Source: Psammoneis japonica (lineage: Eukaryota). Taken from it: a stretch of DNA of 64,000 nucleotides. Both the position numbers and the translations under genes were made by a program. Positions 12,500 through 25,620 of this stretch are shown here, one piece after another; position 1 is the first letter of the stretch; the number at the start of each line of letters is the position of its first letter. The stretch is taken from positions 555,681 through 619,680 of the forward strand of contig QPGO01000023.1 of assembly GCA_008632985.1 (NCBI GenBank), given 5' to 3'. Below the pieces are notes generated by a model. That model searched no databases. It had not been told where the DNA came from and saw only the letters and a program-made list of their open reading frames with translations.

Positions 12500-13330
12500 G
12501 CGCTGAAGATTTCGGGCTCTCTTTTCTTCAATGACGAATTGAGGTGCAATGGCAGCACAATTTCCAGTCAAGTTGTTAGTATTCTTTTCTCAATACTTTT
12601 CAACCTTGCACCCGTGCATCGGAAGAGTTCATCTGCATTTGTTTTTGGCATCCCCAATAGCAGCGTTCCGAAGCGCATTCGTCGAAGTTTTCTCTGTACG
12701 GCATGTCGGCAAAGAAGCGTGCTTTCATTTCTCGCCCTTTTATCTTAAGAGCTCTACGAGTACACGTGTCCTGGAAAATTAGATTTCTGAGCATAATTTT
12801 CCTCATATCGTTCAATGTTCATTTCCATTTCGCCTTGTATCTCCGCTCTCTCGATGATGCAAAGATCGCCGCCAGGTCGAAGACCCAACCTGAATCATTC
12901 AGCATCTACTTCATCGGTTAGAAACATGTTGGATGCTTCACAAATGTGACAGTCGAGCATGAAATGTGAACGGTAGTACTGTCCTCTATTCAGCAGAACC
13001 TTGCCATAAACCATGCGTGCGAACTCGGGATCTTGCTTCAATGTTTTTTCGCGAGCCTTGAACATCTCTACCAGCTGTTGGATCGCTTCTAGGACCGTCT
13101 TCCTCAAACATCTTGGTGATTGGATAATGAAGGGGTGCGAGACGCAGGTCGCTGTGCGTGTCATTGTATGATGGACATCTCCGGGCGCCTCCCTGTCTTT
13201 CTGCGCTCCATGCGGGTATCGGATTGCGGGAAAAAGCTCGGATGTGCAGGTTCCGACCCTACTTTCTTCAAGCAAGATGGAGTTGGTGCATTCGATATTC
13301 ACCTGAACGGACACAGGTGCTTAGCATTCT
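12500..13330 (-). CDS. Hypothetical protein, frameshifted, boundaries uncertain
   Basis: Protein-like ORF 12895-13314 continued by ORF pieces down to ~12600; no family recognised. Confidence 0.3.
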
Positions 13331-13401
13331 GGGCGTGTTTAAAGCTTTATGAAGTGCCATACGACTTTCCATACCTTTCAACTGATTCTTGCGGAATCTT
13401 G

Positions 13402-14442
13402 TCATGAGAGCTCAAAAGTCTTTTGGAATAGTTCCTGACAATGCAATGTTTGATTAGCTTCTCCGCAGTCTCTTTCCAAGTCTAGCCATTTACTGCTGTC
13501 TCGAGGTACATCTTTCAAATCCTGTTTTGCAGTCTCAATCACACGTTCCAGTGCATCTCCGCCCATCAAACCCAACTGCGTTGCTTTTGCAGCTGCGCCA
13601 ACATACGTCCGAAAGAATAAGAGAGGTCTCCCATTGATGAGTCTTGGCGGTGGAATAGCAGGATCTGGCCTGTCTGATACAACATGCAAAAACACAGCCT
13701 TGACAACTTCAGGGTACTCCCTAAGCATCGTCTCTCCAGCCTCTTGATCAAGTTCGCCAGTATCGCCGACATAGGCATACTAATTACAGAGAATATAAAG
13801 GATGAGGAACGAGATGCATTCGTAACATTATCAGCACAATTGTCGTAATACCCTCACCTGCATTATTGTTCCAGTCGGGTCCTGTTGGAGTAACAATTCA
13901 AAGTTACTAAACTTTCGCAATCCCTTTCTCTCTTGAACTAGCCATTCTGCTACAGAACCATACAAAACAGGCCCAAGCCCCCACTCTGATATTCCAGCCT
14001 CGTCCCCCGCGGATCGAAATACTGTTGCCAGCTTTGAACTTTCCTTCAACTCTAAAGCCACCTTGAACTCTTCCGCTCGAGCCGTCAGTATCGCAACTTT
14101 TGGAGGAGTGCTGACTCGTTGCCCATCCGAGTCTTGTAGAGACAGTTCTATCATAAACTGTGCAACTCCAGGATACAAGTCTCCTCTTTCATATTGTACA
14201 TCAATTCCACCCAACGCGATTCCAGCCACATTTACACCTCCGCTGCTCTTGAGCGTGTCGTCCACATCGCTGATGACTTGTGTGAACGCAGCTAGCTGTG
14301 TTGCCCATATTTCAGCTGAAACACTTCTTGCTGTTGCAGGATACGAAGCAGTAAACGCGTGTGCATGGTCATAGACAAGATAAAAAAAGAATAGTAGCGC
14401 CAAAACACCGCATCTTTGCATCATGGTTGGCATTGTCAGCAT
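13402..14442 (-). CDS. HAD-like phosphatase (APP1/DUF2183-like) with signal peptide, 2 exons
   Basis: VISDVDDTLK (DxDDT), ILTAR and YVGDTGELD motifs; GT-AG intron near 13781-13857. Confidence 0.7.
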
Positions 14443-14865
14443 GTACCGTACTCCCGAAATAGCAAGAACAGGCGACGATCGATCCGGACAACTGCACAGG
14501 CAAGCAACAAGTCACTCTCAGGGGAATCCTGCTTTGCCAATGAAAGGACAACCTTTACACGAAGCATACTCCGACACTTCGTTGCCGTTGAATGAGGAGT
14601 CTTGCGAAGAAAGTCCAAAGTTCCCTCCAACACCTTGACACCAAAGCAAATGTCGCGGGTCGGCATCAAGTTTTACATACCGATTTTAAACGTAGGATTG
14701 TAATATGTAGAACTTATACCAAGTTATACGTAGAGCAGCACAGATGGCGATACTCCGACCAGAACAAAATTTTCGAGTCGTTGAACACTGAACACACCAC
14801 ACACCACATTAATTCTCACTTCAGGGAGGATAGAACCAAATACAGTAACCGCACCTCAAAGCACC

Positions 14866-15222
14866 ATGATCTCTTTCCACGTAGCCAGACACACCCCTTT
14901 TGGACTTGCCAAGTCCACAAACTTGAGCGGTACAGCCATGAAATCTGTCTTGACTGGAGGAGGTTCGTTTAGCACCATGAGCCGCGACCATGAAGAAGAT
15001 GACGAGCATGTTGAGCGCGGTTTTCTGTTTTCAGCTCCTTGCCTAGATCCAAAGGTTCGAAAGGCCATTTTAGAGAGACAAAGGGAGGGTGGAGAGCCAC
15101 CGGTCAGTATTGTGGAAAAGGGTATCCTGTTCTCTGCGCCATGTCTCGATATGGATAGGAGCGGGGAGTATAAAATCATGAAACAACAAGTTGCAAGTGC
15201 GGTTGAAAAGTCATTCGAGTAA
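14866..15222 (+). CDS. Small hypothetical protein with duplicated E(R/K)GxLFSAPCLD motif; possible mitochondrial presequence
   Basis: 118-aa ORF with a basic, Ser/Thr-rich N-terminus; motif present twice. Confidence 0.6.
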   Translation: MISFHVARHTPFGLAKSTNLSGTAMKSVLTGGGSFSTMSRDHEEDDEHVERGFLFSAPCLDPKVRKAILERQREGGEPPVSIVEKGILFSAPCLDMDRSGEYKIMKQQVASAVEKSFE

Positions 15223-15482
15223 GTTTGACAGCGTACTGTTCGCTGCTCGAGAAGTTCGTGTATCTAGACTTTTTCTCATTATCGCCTGATTTCTCAACAA
15301 CAGAGTGTTTCGCCATCCGAGAGATCCTGCACTCTGGACGTGCCAGCCTCGATTCTAAAGCCAATGTGTCACCAACATAGCCTCAAGTATTGAACTTGAG
15401 GATTTCCATTAGAGAATGCATAGATATAGATAGAGTTTATGAGAGATTTCTATGTGATGTTGTTTCTACAGTAGAGCCTCTA

Positions 15483-18400
15483 CTAGGTGGCACCCACTTT
15501 TTGGCGAAAGAAAGTAAACAGTTTCTGCCCGGTCACTGGCCCAGCAACCTTTCTTAGCTCTTCCCGTGACATCTCGGCAAGTTCAGCGATACTGTCGCAT
15601 TCATTCATGATCTTTCGTGCATTGTGCGCATTTACTCCTGGCAATCTAAGAAGCATGTCCCTGCCTGCTTCATTGATCTCATCCTCCTGCTCCTCATTCT
15701 CGTTGTCCTTCAACAACGCCTCAACCGATTCGCTACGGCCGACTTCCACGGCCTTGTCCACGTCCACTTCCTCGTGGTTGGTCTTGAGTTCTCGAAATAT
15801 CTTTGCAGTCTGGTGGGGACTTCTCGACCAAAGGATTCGCAGTTTAGGATGGTGCATGATAAGCAGCGACATCTTGGAACAGGTCGAGTCTGTTCGGATT
15901 TCAACGCCGAGCTCATTTGCATTCTGAAGACTGAAAGACTTTGTTGGGTCAAACTCAATTAACAGACAGGGGCACTTGTAATGTTTCGACATGGATTCCG
16001 CTTGTGTAAAGAGACGTCCACTTGCAAAGCTACCAAATAAGTCGGATATACTCTTTCGCTCGACGCAGTGCACGTTGCTCAGCACAAAGTCACCAACGGT
16101 GAGCGTGACAGGGGCCAATCTCATCCCTTCTTGATGTAGAATGGAGGGTAGCGCAGACCGAAATTCTCGTACGTCTACCGCAATCTCCCGTTTTTCGCCC
16201 TTCGCTCGGGCCTTACCACGGCCAGTGCGAGTGTCCATTGAAAGCGGAAGAGTCCCGCCCGCATAAGTTCCGCCGACTGCGTTGCCTGATGCTACGGCCT
16301 GCTGCATTTCTTGCGTCGTCCCTGCCAAGGTGTAGGTAGGCAAAGGCATAGTCTTCTTGTGATGAATGAGCCGCTCGAAAGCATTCTGCTCGCGTTCCAA
16401 CGCCTTCAAAAACGTCTTCTCCTCGGCACTGGCTTCAAAGAGCATAAAGAAGACTCGCAGTCGATCTTCGTCGGGCTTTCCTTCGGACGTCAGACTACTG
16501 TAAATCTCAACTGCTCGAACAAAGGAAGGATCCGCATCATAGAGGACCACGTAGGATGGCCTAACGTCGTGAAGTAACAAGTTCGCTTCATCCCCTTCCA
16601 CGCTAGCGTAGCTACGAAGCACAACTTTGAGCTCGTTCAATGGCGACACTTTGAATCGTCGTACTTCCCAGTCGGAATCCGAGTCATCCTCTATGCTTTG
16701 GTCTCCCGGCTCTGAAGCGGGTATCTTGCTTTCGTCAGCAGCGTCAAGATCGTGTTCCGTTTGCTCTACAGCCTCATCCAAGACAGCACGACGTTCCAGA
16801 TCGTCGGCCTGAAGCGTCATTTCACCCCGTCCTCGCTCCGTAGCAATTCGTCTTCGCTTCTTCACGTAGTCTGGAACTTCATTCAGCTGCTTGCGCTTCT
16901 CTGGTGACCCTCCATCACCCTGAGCAAAGCCACATTTTCGCCCAAACAGTAAACGTCGAGCCCGACCCTCTTCTTCCAGAAGCAGCCGGCTCTCCTCCGA
17001 AATGGCAGATGTCCCTTTTGCGCTCTTGGTAACGGAACGCGACCTATCGTTGTACCCCTCAAGATATCGCAACCACCGTAGTGTCATTGTCCTTTCTTTT
17101 CCGTCCACAAGATAGGAACGCACTCCTTCAAGTGTCCGTTCGTCCTTGACCATTACTAGAACATTTTCGCCATTAATGGAATCCCCGTTTTGCTTCTTTG
17201 CATCGTGCTCAGTTTTGATCTCTGTCAATACTTTATGGAGTGTCCGCCACTTGGGATTCTCCTCTAGAATAGGTTTCAACTTTGCAACGGGGTTCGGTAC
17301 TTTGGCTGTGGGTTTCGACATGGACAACGTGTAGATTCGTTCCTTGGCTTTACGAAAGAGCAAGTCCGCCGCAGGCGTCAAGAGCCACATGGACGGATAT
17401 CGGGAAGAGACACTCATTGTTTTTATTGAGTTGATGAGTTTCCAAAAGCTGACGCAGTCATAGTGAATCAAGGACTGAAAGAGCGTCCGCAGTGTTCGAA
17501 GATCTTGCACCAATTGTTTGGTCTGCGGACGGAGCCGATGCCAATCTTGTTCAAGTTGCCGCGAAATGGCTCTATCGAAATTGGTGGTTACGCAATTCTC
17601 AATTGATAGGTCTGCGTCCGTCCATTCTAGCAACGTTGTCGATTTCTTGAGCTCTCGAATACATGTCTTGATGGTATTCACAAATTAAGCCAGTCGCTGA
17701 TTAGAGCCGTGAGCTTGCAAATCACACCCGACAGCTTCTTTCCGTGCTTACCTGAACACTAGCAGCAATAGCACCTTGAATCTCCTTCATACGAGGAGAA
17801 AGCTCCTGATGAAGTTCATCTACGTGTGGTGGTGTCCGTTCGAGTTCGTCCGCAACGCTCGAATGAAACCGAGGAAACAGATACAGTTGTCGAACATGGA
17901 GAGCCTTGAGAACCTTGTCCACCTTAGCAAATCCCGACATGAGCGCATCTGGCGCGTCTGAGAAAGCCTTTATGAAACCCAAATCATCGTTGCCTATTAA
18001 TTGTCTCTGTGTGCGATAGATTCTCAGAATAAAAGCTTCAGTCGATTGCTCATTAACCGTTTCCGCATGAGCTACCAAAATGCCGTCAATGTCGCGAGCA
18101 TTAGCGTAATTTGTCAGTAAGTCAACAATCAGGATGCGACTCGTAATAATAAAGACGCCCCCGCGACTGTACATGACGGCGCGGTCTTTGCTTTGTCCAC
18201 TTTCATTGGTGATCAGCGTCGGAAGCAGTTCAGGGGGTGTGCCCCACATTTCCAGCATGTCAATAAGTGCGTTTCGTTCGGATTCTTTTAGGCCAAGAAC
18301 AAATACCAGAGGTGGTTTCATTGGTGTGTGACGTCCTTTCGGATTCCCCTCTTGTTCTTCCGCAATTAGCGCATTGTATCCCTCGTCGACATCACCATAA

Positions 18401-18576
18401 AAGCGAACAAAGCTTCCCAAGAGACTCAACAGACCCAATCCTCTTCCCAATACGAGCAGCCCATCCTGTGCGTATAATTCACCAAAAGCCTCTGATAGAT
18501 ATGATGGAAGCTGTCCTGACGGAATCAGTGGTTCATTGTGTTGCTCAGAAGCGACGGTATGCTGCGACGCCGCCAT
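15483..18576 (-). CDS. XPF: DNA repair endonuclease XPF/ERCC4/Rad1, 2 exons
   Basis: GGVFIITSRILIVDLL, EAFILRIYR, LFPRFH, LEENPKW, VDVREFRS, GDFVLS...VERKSISDL and C-terminal HhH (LLRLPGV); intron near 17667-17751. Confidence 0.95.
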
Positions 18577-19213
18577 GGTGGATGGTGGAGTTCGAGTTCG
18601 AGTGAGGATCGAGACGTGAGACGTGAAGAATACTTTGTCATATGTACACACTCATAACCTGTCATATGTACACAAAAGGGCGACTGCACATCCAACCGTT
18701 ATTCACACTGGTGATATGCGTATATATACCATAACATACTTACTTATCTATCATCATCATCACCATCCGGATTTTGGATTTCCCGCCAACTCGCCGACTC
18801 GTTCGACTGCATGACAAAGTCTGTGATGCACGCGCAAAAGCGGGACTGTGACACAAACTGACGTGAGGGTGCATTCCTTTAAGTAAATTAAATATGAACT
18901 TCAAGTTGAAAATTCGACCGTCAGGGTTCTCATCGTTATATGTCACAAAACTGCTCTTACGCATGAGCATCCAAAGGCGTTAAATAAAATTGCGGGCATG
19001 TTGACAGCTTCAAGATCAATGACGTTAGTCGTTAACCGGAGAATGTTATTAAAAGTCCGGCAAATGTCGAAATAAGGTCGGAAATGCGAAGGCACCAGCT
19101 TTTTTTTCCTTTTTCACCATTCTCACTCTCGAATCATCATCGGCACACAAAAATCATTTGTTGCATGTCAACAACTTCAACCAACCCGTTGCAATTCCCA
19201 AGAACTATCAACC

Positions 19214-19591
19214 ATGGCTAAAGAAACTACAAAGAAACGACCTCGTGATAACACTTCCTTCTCGACAGAGAATCAATCCCTGCCTCGAAACCCGAGACGC
19301 CGCATCGCATCTGCAGTCGACTTTGTTGAAGATGACCACCTGGCCACGATTACCGACCGAAGCGCCACTCAGTCTCCCAGCGGAGTCAAGGAAGAAATGG
19401 TTATCTCATCCAAGAACTACATCGTTCACGACGGTAGCCTATATGAACACCTTTTGGAGGTATGTCGCCCCTTCTACAACTTTGATCACGACAGAAACAG
19501 CTCCAACGCAGTGCTGTCGTCGTCGTCGCTGCCTCCGCGATTGGACGATGCTCTAGACGAATCCTACACAGTCCGTTCAAGAACTTTCTAA
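19214..19591 (+). CDS. Hypothetical protein
   Basis: 125-aa ORF with ACCATGG start context; no homology recognised. Confidence 0.35.
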   Translation: MAKETTKKRPRDNTSFSTENQSLPRNPRRRIASAVDFVEDDHLATITDRSATQSPSGVKEEMVISSKNYIVHDGSLYEHLLEVCRPFYNFDHDRNSSNAVLSSSSLPPRLDDALDESYTVRSRTF

Positions 19592-20487
19592 AGAACCGTA
19601 AGGATAGATTGAATTTTGAAAACGGTACGTATTCACATGCAAACGTGAAACTGATGAATCAGTTCTGTTGTTCTTAGACAGCATAACGAAAGCTTTTCCA
19701 TTCTTCTCTCACAGTTTTCATTTCATAATTTGTAGGAGTTATATGTTTGTCCAATGAGATTGTTGAAAGGAAGTGGCAAGGGGAAAAGTGTATCTTCTCC
19801 TTGGTGATTCTGGTATTCGTAGTCAGTCGGGAATCTCTGTGACCTGCAAGGACGTACCGGAAGCAGAGGAAAAGTGATGCTCCCTATTACCCACATACCA
19901 AAGCCATCATAATCTCTTTCATAATGTAAGAACAGTTTTGAGAAAGCGGTTTCGCATGCTAACTCTCGAGCGATGCCGTGAAGTGGGGAAAATTGCGCAT
20001 GGTTCGTCACTCTACCGTCTGTCACTTGCGGTCAAGCGCCCGTTACTACACCTCAGGAGTAGCAGCTCTATTCGACTGTTAAGATCTGAGAGGGTAAGCC
20101 GACTGAATGGTTACAAAACTAGTTGCTCATGAAATCGATGTGGCTCGGTCGAAACAGTCGAAAAACACAGTTCTCTCTCTAGCTCTCGAAATTTCAGGTT
20201 GGTTGACAACTTCTGACTCATCATGGAACATGTCTTTCGTGTTGATTGCATGACAGCATCTTTGTATACCTTAGAGCATTGTCGACGTGATTGCTTGGTG
20301 TTGCAACACAATACCGACTTCCTCGCCAGGAAGAGGCTTTTGCAGAGATTTCAATGAAGAAGTCAAGTCGTGTTTGTTTGGTGGCGGGTCGTCCGTTGAT
20401 CGCGCATTTTCGAAACTGACGTCATCTAATACACTGTATCGCTCCTCAGTCATTTCATTCTTTCGCCCTGTTCTTTGTTCTCAACCA

Positions 20488-21170
20488 TGGCGTTCCAGAG
20501 ATCCAGAATGGTTTCGAGGATACTGTTTTTGTGGTTAATCGCCTTATTTCTTGGGGTGGTATCGACAGCAGATGGGAATTCAATCAGCACTGCGTTTGTG
20601 TCTCAAGTACCTACTCGCCAACCGCGCTCGTTCAAGGGACATACCGGTGCACTCATCAGAACTCCTGCGTTGTACAGCCACAACATTACCACACCTTCTG
20701 GATCTTCTTCTGATACCAACTATTTGTCAAGATATACAACGGTGCCTGAGCCTAGATTGCTCATGTTGGATGTAGTGGCCATCATGTTGGCCTCACAACT
20801 TATGGGTCTCGAAGATGTGATCAACGACCCAACCTTTTGGCAACAGGGCGGTTTTAACCAACCCATTCCTGGGGTACCAACTACATTACCAACATTGGTA
20901 CAACGTGATTCCATTCTAAGTATATGTTGGGTTTTGGCGGCGTTAAGCCAAAATGGTTTCAAAGCAGAAACAATCCGATCTGACGGAGCGGCTGTTGGCA
21001 CCGCATTGAAAATATTTGTGGGAGCGACTGTCGTGCGAGTGGTTGGAGAAATAGCCGTATCGCAAGTTTCACATATGAGTCCTGACTGGTTTGATGTTGC
21101 TCGACAGTCTTGGTTTGCCGGGCTTTTGCTTTGCTGTTGCCGGTACATCTACTCCCAATACAATCGATAG
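20488..21170 (+). CDS. Hypothetical membrane protein with signal/plastid-type targeting peptide
   Basis: Hydrophobic signal (ILFLWLIALFLGVVS) then AFVS, a Ser/Thr-rich transit region and ~4 hydrophobic helices. Confidence 0.6.
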
Positions 21171-21398
21171 CACTTGAAACTAGTGTATCCCATCGTTTGT
21201 CTTTAGGGATCGAGCAGAAATCCGCAGTCATCAATTGCATACACACAGCACCACACACGGTGCCATATCTCATTGCACCGACAATATGCTGCCGCAGAAA
21301 CAGCAAACGCTTTATCATCTGTAGCTTGCCCACGTTGAAGAGCGAACGCCTTTCTTAAGCTTCCAGAAACATGTCGCTGTAGCATTAAATAATTTCCG

Positions 21399-22529
21399 TT
21401 ATGAGTACGCGTTGAAGTCCACGTCGTTCGACGACATCCATTCCCCTTTGACCTGCTGTTGTGCATCTTTCTTCTTGTCCCTCGCTTCGTCGTCGTCGTC
21501 GTCATCATCCATCAAGTCTGAGAGAAGATCATCGACGGTTGGCTTCTCGTCCTTCTTTTCATCCGCTTTAGAAGAGGCAGACACGGTCCTTATCTGCACA
21601 GCCTGATCCCCAATAAAGTACCCTGCTCCCGTCCATGACTTCATTTGTTCCGTGGTGTAAGGACCGTGAATCTGCCCATCTTGGTTTCCTTTGTATTCCC
21701 ATGTCACGACGGGTCCCTTGGGCAGCATTTTGACTAAATCATTTCGTGTCTTTTGATAGATATCGACGTCCCCCTTTAGTAAAAGTGCATTTGATGCCTC
21801 TGTCAAAGTGTCTAGAGCATGCTGTGCCACAGCCGTGGCAGCTTTTTGCTTTTCATCATCCTTATCAGTTTTGCGTTTGAGCAAGGCACCAAACCTTACC
21901 AACGCCTGAAGAACGGACTCTGTATCACTCAAAAGAGGCACCAGCTTGGCATACAAGTCCTCACGATTCCACTTATCCATATTATTTTCATCGTCCTCTT
22001 GTTCCTTTTCGTTCAGTGCCGAGTCTGCTACTGCCGGCAGCTTTTGTTCGTCAATGCTATCCACCCACGCATCCGGTTCTTCATCTTCATCTCGTTTCCG
22101 AAATACATAGGTGTCTCCGTCAAAATAGCCACTCCCATCATTTTGCTCTGCGTTCATGTTGAAAGGCTCAATAGCCACATCTTCTTGATCTGTGTCCGCT
22201 GCAAGGCTTGTCTGGGCATCCACGTGCGTCTCTTCTTCCTGTTCATCATCATCATCTCCGTCATCTAAATGGTCGCGCTGCAGTCGTCGTTTACGTTTCG
22301 CCTCGAGTAATTCCTTGGTGGATGCACCCACGTGCTCTTCATCATCCGACCAATCGTCCACATCGTCCTGCTCATCTTCATTCGGACGATCCATGCGTGG
22401 ACGCTTTCGTCGTGGGCCTCCTCCTCCTTCGTCATGATTGTCATCCATCACTTGGGGTGCAAATCGAACCGACCTGTCGCCACCATTCTGAGGGCCGCTT
22501 CTCTTTTTCTTATTATGATTCGTTGACAT
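21399..22529 (-). CDS. CD2BP2: CD2BP2/LIN1/U5-52K GYF-domain spliceosomal protein
   Basis: IEPFNM..E...GYFD, EEPDAWVDSI and GYF domain WEYK...IHGPYTTEQMKSWTGAGYF. Confidence 0.9.
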   Translation of the reverse strand: MSTNHNKKKRSGPQNGGDRSVRFAPQVMDDNHDEGGGGPRRKRPRMDRPNEDEQDDVDDWSDDEEHVGASTKELLEAKRKRRLQRDHLDDGDDDDEQEEETHVDAQTSLAADTDQEDVAIEPFNMNAEQNDGSGYFDGDTYVFRKRDEDEEPDAWVDSIDEQKLPAVADSALNEKEQEDDENNMDKWNREDLYAKLVPLLSDTESVLQALVRFGALLKRKTDKDDEKQKAATAVAQHALDTLTEASNALLLKGDVDIYQKTRNDLVKMLPKGPVVTWEYKGNQDGQIHGPYTTEQMKSWTGAGYFIGDQAVQIRTVSASSKADEKKDEKPTVDDLLSDLMDDDDDDDEARDKKKDAQQQVKGEWMSSNDVDFNAYS

Positions 22530-22671
22530 GATTCAAATACTGATTAGACCTTAGTAGGATGTAGACACATAAGATCATACGCACAAGAAGTAAGGGGTTG
22601 GGCACAGCAAGGTCTTCGTTTATAATCGGCCGCTGTGGTAAGGTATGGGTTCGGGTGCGATGATACATTAA

Positions 22672-23321
22672 CCCCGCTCCCTGAATCGCGTGCATCGCGC
22701 ACGATGCACACCGATTCAGACCTCTCGTGCTTTTCCCCCGCCGAGCTTGAATCGGACTGACGGCATAAATCTTACAGTTAACACTAAGGTTGTTCCTCCC
22801 CGAAAGCGAAAAAGCGCCAAGTTCAACCGTTCTTATCGAAGCTGACATGCAAACATTGGGTATTTATGGCGGGAAAACTTGCGTAGCTTCTACGCGTGTG
22901 CACTGTGGGCGATGCACTTAGTAGGTTTCTACGTCTTTTCTACGTGTGAAATCGCCATAATTACCCGGATTTGCTTCCCTAACCCGGAAATGTTTCTAGA
23001 CAGTACAACGCGGTCGGAAGTTTTCGCGCCTTGTTATCGTGTTGTTGTCGCGTACTTTCCGAGTGGTAGTCAATGAAACAATTATTGGAGGACGAGCTGA
23101 GCCAATCAAACCCTAGAAAAACAGCATAAAGCACGTCAAGCGTAGTAGAAGACGAGGACGTGTTGATATTTATTAACAGAGGCTCTTGAAGAGACAAGTT
23201 TTAGCGATAAAGTAGTGCCAAAAAAGACGTCACGTGCATCGCACACGATGCACGTCAGCGATTTTGGGCGATTTTCTGAATTTCCCGTGTGCATCGTGCG
23301 CGATGCACACCGGGAGCGGGG
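22672..23321. mobile_element. piggyBac-type non-autonomous element (MITE), ~650 bp
   Basis: TTAA at 22668-22671 and 23322-23325 flank termini CCCCGCTCCC...GGGAGCGGGG. Subterminal palindromes GTGCATCG-N4-CGATGCAC at ~22690, ~23234 and ~23289. Confidence 0.85.
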
Positions 23322-23539
23322 TTAATGATGATGCAGTGAACAAAGTCTGCCTGTCGGTGGGTTGTTGGCGCCAATCTTGCTGGCGCCGAAGAGCGACAAT
23401 CGGCACATGTCTCAGCATGACGGAAGCCCGAGCGTGTTGCCAACAATGTGTGGCAGAGATGTCACTGGTAATCACAAGCCACTGAGAGTCGTCGAGCTCA
23501 ATCCGTGTGGCCATTTTTTTTTCTTCGCCATCCTGGCCT

Positions 23540-24925
23540 TTTCTCCAACAGCAGCAGACTTGAACTTCCCAACTCCAGCATGAGAGGATCCCATGAGATG
23601 AGACACCAAGCACCAACAACCTGACAACTGCAAGCTGAGGGTGCTGGTGGTTTCTGGTGGGCCCCAGGTGCAACTTTAAGAACTGCAACTGAGCATTTCA
23701 AGGTTTTTGCCGTGTGGCACTGTGTGGCCGTGTGGCCCCATCATGTCACCTTCTTGTCCCCACCAACACCCGCAGAGACTTGTTGATTTTCCCAACTCCA
23801 GAGTGTGATGATCCCTTGTGACAGTGCCAACCAACCCAACAACTGCAAGGTGAGGGGGCATTGGTGGTGTCCAGTGAACCCCAGGTGAAACGTCAAGGGC
23901 TGTGGCTGAGCGTTGCAAGGTTGGTCTTGTGGTGGTGTTGTGGCCCCGTGTCTCATGTTGTCCCCAACAGCAGCAGATTTGAGTTTCCAAACTCCAGAGT
24001 GCAAGGACCCCCTGACAGTGCCTGCCAACATGACAACAGCAAGCTGAGGACACTGGTGGTGACTGGTGATGGACCCCAGATGAGCCTTCAAGAGCTGTGG
24101 TTGGGCGCTGCAAGTTTGATCTTTTGGCATTGTGGCCCCACGACATCACCTCCTTGTCCCCATCAACCGGAGCAGACTTGAGTCTCTAACCTCCAGAGTG
24201 AGTGGACCCCATGATGGCACCAACAACAACCTGACAATGGCAAGCTGAGGGTGTTGTTGGCATCTGGTGTGCCCCAGATGTGACTTTAAGAACTGCCACT
24301 GAGTGTTGCAAGATTGAACTTGTGGTGCTGTGACGCCCCCATGTCATCTTGTCCCCAACAGCAGCAGATGTTGTTGCAAGGACCCCACCACAATGGCGCC
24401 AACCATCCTGACAACTGCAAGCTGGGGGCGCTGGTGGTCTCTGATGGATTCCAGGTGAGACTTTGACAACTGTGGCTGAGGGTTGCAAGGTTTGTCTTGC
24501 AGCAGTGTTGTGCCTCCACATGCCACCTTGTCCCAAAAAACAGAGGAGCAGACTTGAGCTTCTCAACTCCATGACAGCAAAAGGGTCGCATGTGGTGGCA
24601 CCAGCCAACCAGACAGCTGCAAGCTGAGGACAACACTGGCAGCATCTGGTGGACCACAGGCAACACTGTGGGAACCGTTGCTGCGCATTGCAAGGTTGAT
24701 TTTGTGGCATCGTGGCCCTGGCTGTGTCTCCTTGTCCCCAGCCCCAACAGCAGCAGACTTGACTTCCCCAACTCTGGCATGAAAGGACCCCATGACAGCA
24801 CCAACAAACCTGACAACAACAAGTGGAGGACACTGCTGGTGGTGTCTGGTGGACCCCAGGAGAGACTTTGGGAACTGTGGCTGAGTGTTGCAAGGTTGAT
24901 CTTGTGATGTTGTGGCCCTGTGTCA
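23540..24925 (-). repeat. Diverged ~200-bp tandem array, inverted relative to the 26.8-30.8 kb array
   Basis: Recurrent CAACAGCAGCAGACTTGA and ACAACTGCAAGCTGAGG motifs; the reverse complement matches CCCTCAGCATGCAGTTGT of the plus array. Confidence 0.8.
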
Positions 24926-25620
24926 CCTTTTCTCAAACAGCAAAAAAGACTGTGACCCACTCAACGGCTTGATTGATGAGTGGCAGTGTTTGAGCAAAGC
25001 TTCAAAAGGCAGTGCACCAGGAGCACCAGAGACATGGAGTTGTTTTGCATTGGCAAAATGTCTTGAGCAGAATGGAGAAATTTGCATTGTCACATTTGAA
25101 ACAAGCCTCTCTCTTTGTTGGAAGCAACAAAGAGACAGCTGCTGTGAACAGGCAACCCACCCATCTTTCATTTTATTCTGATCTAAAGTTCAAGCAAGAG
25201 CAGATCTCATTGGAGGATTGGTTGGGGTTTGAGTCAGAGATGTGAGGTTGAGCTCTTTGCTGGTTGCATGCTGCACAATTTTTTTGGCTTGCAGCCTCAC
25301 CAAGCTTTCCTGCCATGAGTTGTTGAGCAAGTTTTCATGGCCAATCTTGCTGATGACACAATTGTTTCAATGTGGCACCAAGTCTTCCATGCTGACCTTT
25401 GCACACAAAGTCTCAATGTCAGGCAAATTTTCTGTTGCCAAAGCCTTTGTTTCAACTGCCACTCATGCAGTCTGGGTCCTGGAGTCAGGTGTGCAAAGAA
25501 GTTGGTGCTGACACTTTGACATGCATGGCATCCAAGCAACCCTGCAATCTTTTGCAAGAGATGCAACTGGTGCATTCACAGATGACAAGAAAGAGCTGCA
25601 CAGACAGTGGACACAATTTC
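24735..25620 (+). repeat. ~0.9-kb segment duplicated in direct orientation at ~34027-34920
   Basis: Shared strings in the same order in both copies, e.g. CCCCAGCCCCAACAGCAGCAGACTTGACTT, TCAACGGCTTGATTGATGAGTGGCA, GATCTAAAGTTCAAGCAAGAGCAGATCTCAT, CAGTCTGGGTCCTGGAGTCAGGTG. Confidence 0.85.

Noticed and set aside
8480..13000. Multiple frameshifts in HMGS-KS, the lumen protein, Mpv17 and a neighbour (also near 49000 and 52525), suggesting pseudogenes or programmed frameshifting
   Set aside because: They are scattered single-base losses across unrelated adjacent genes with otherwise intact motifs, which fits local consensus errors better. Read-level checking is needed.
19720..20453. Minus-strand ORF fragments
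   Set aside because: Short and interrupted, with no recognisable homology or consistent splice model.
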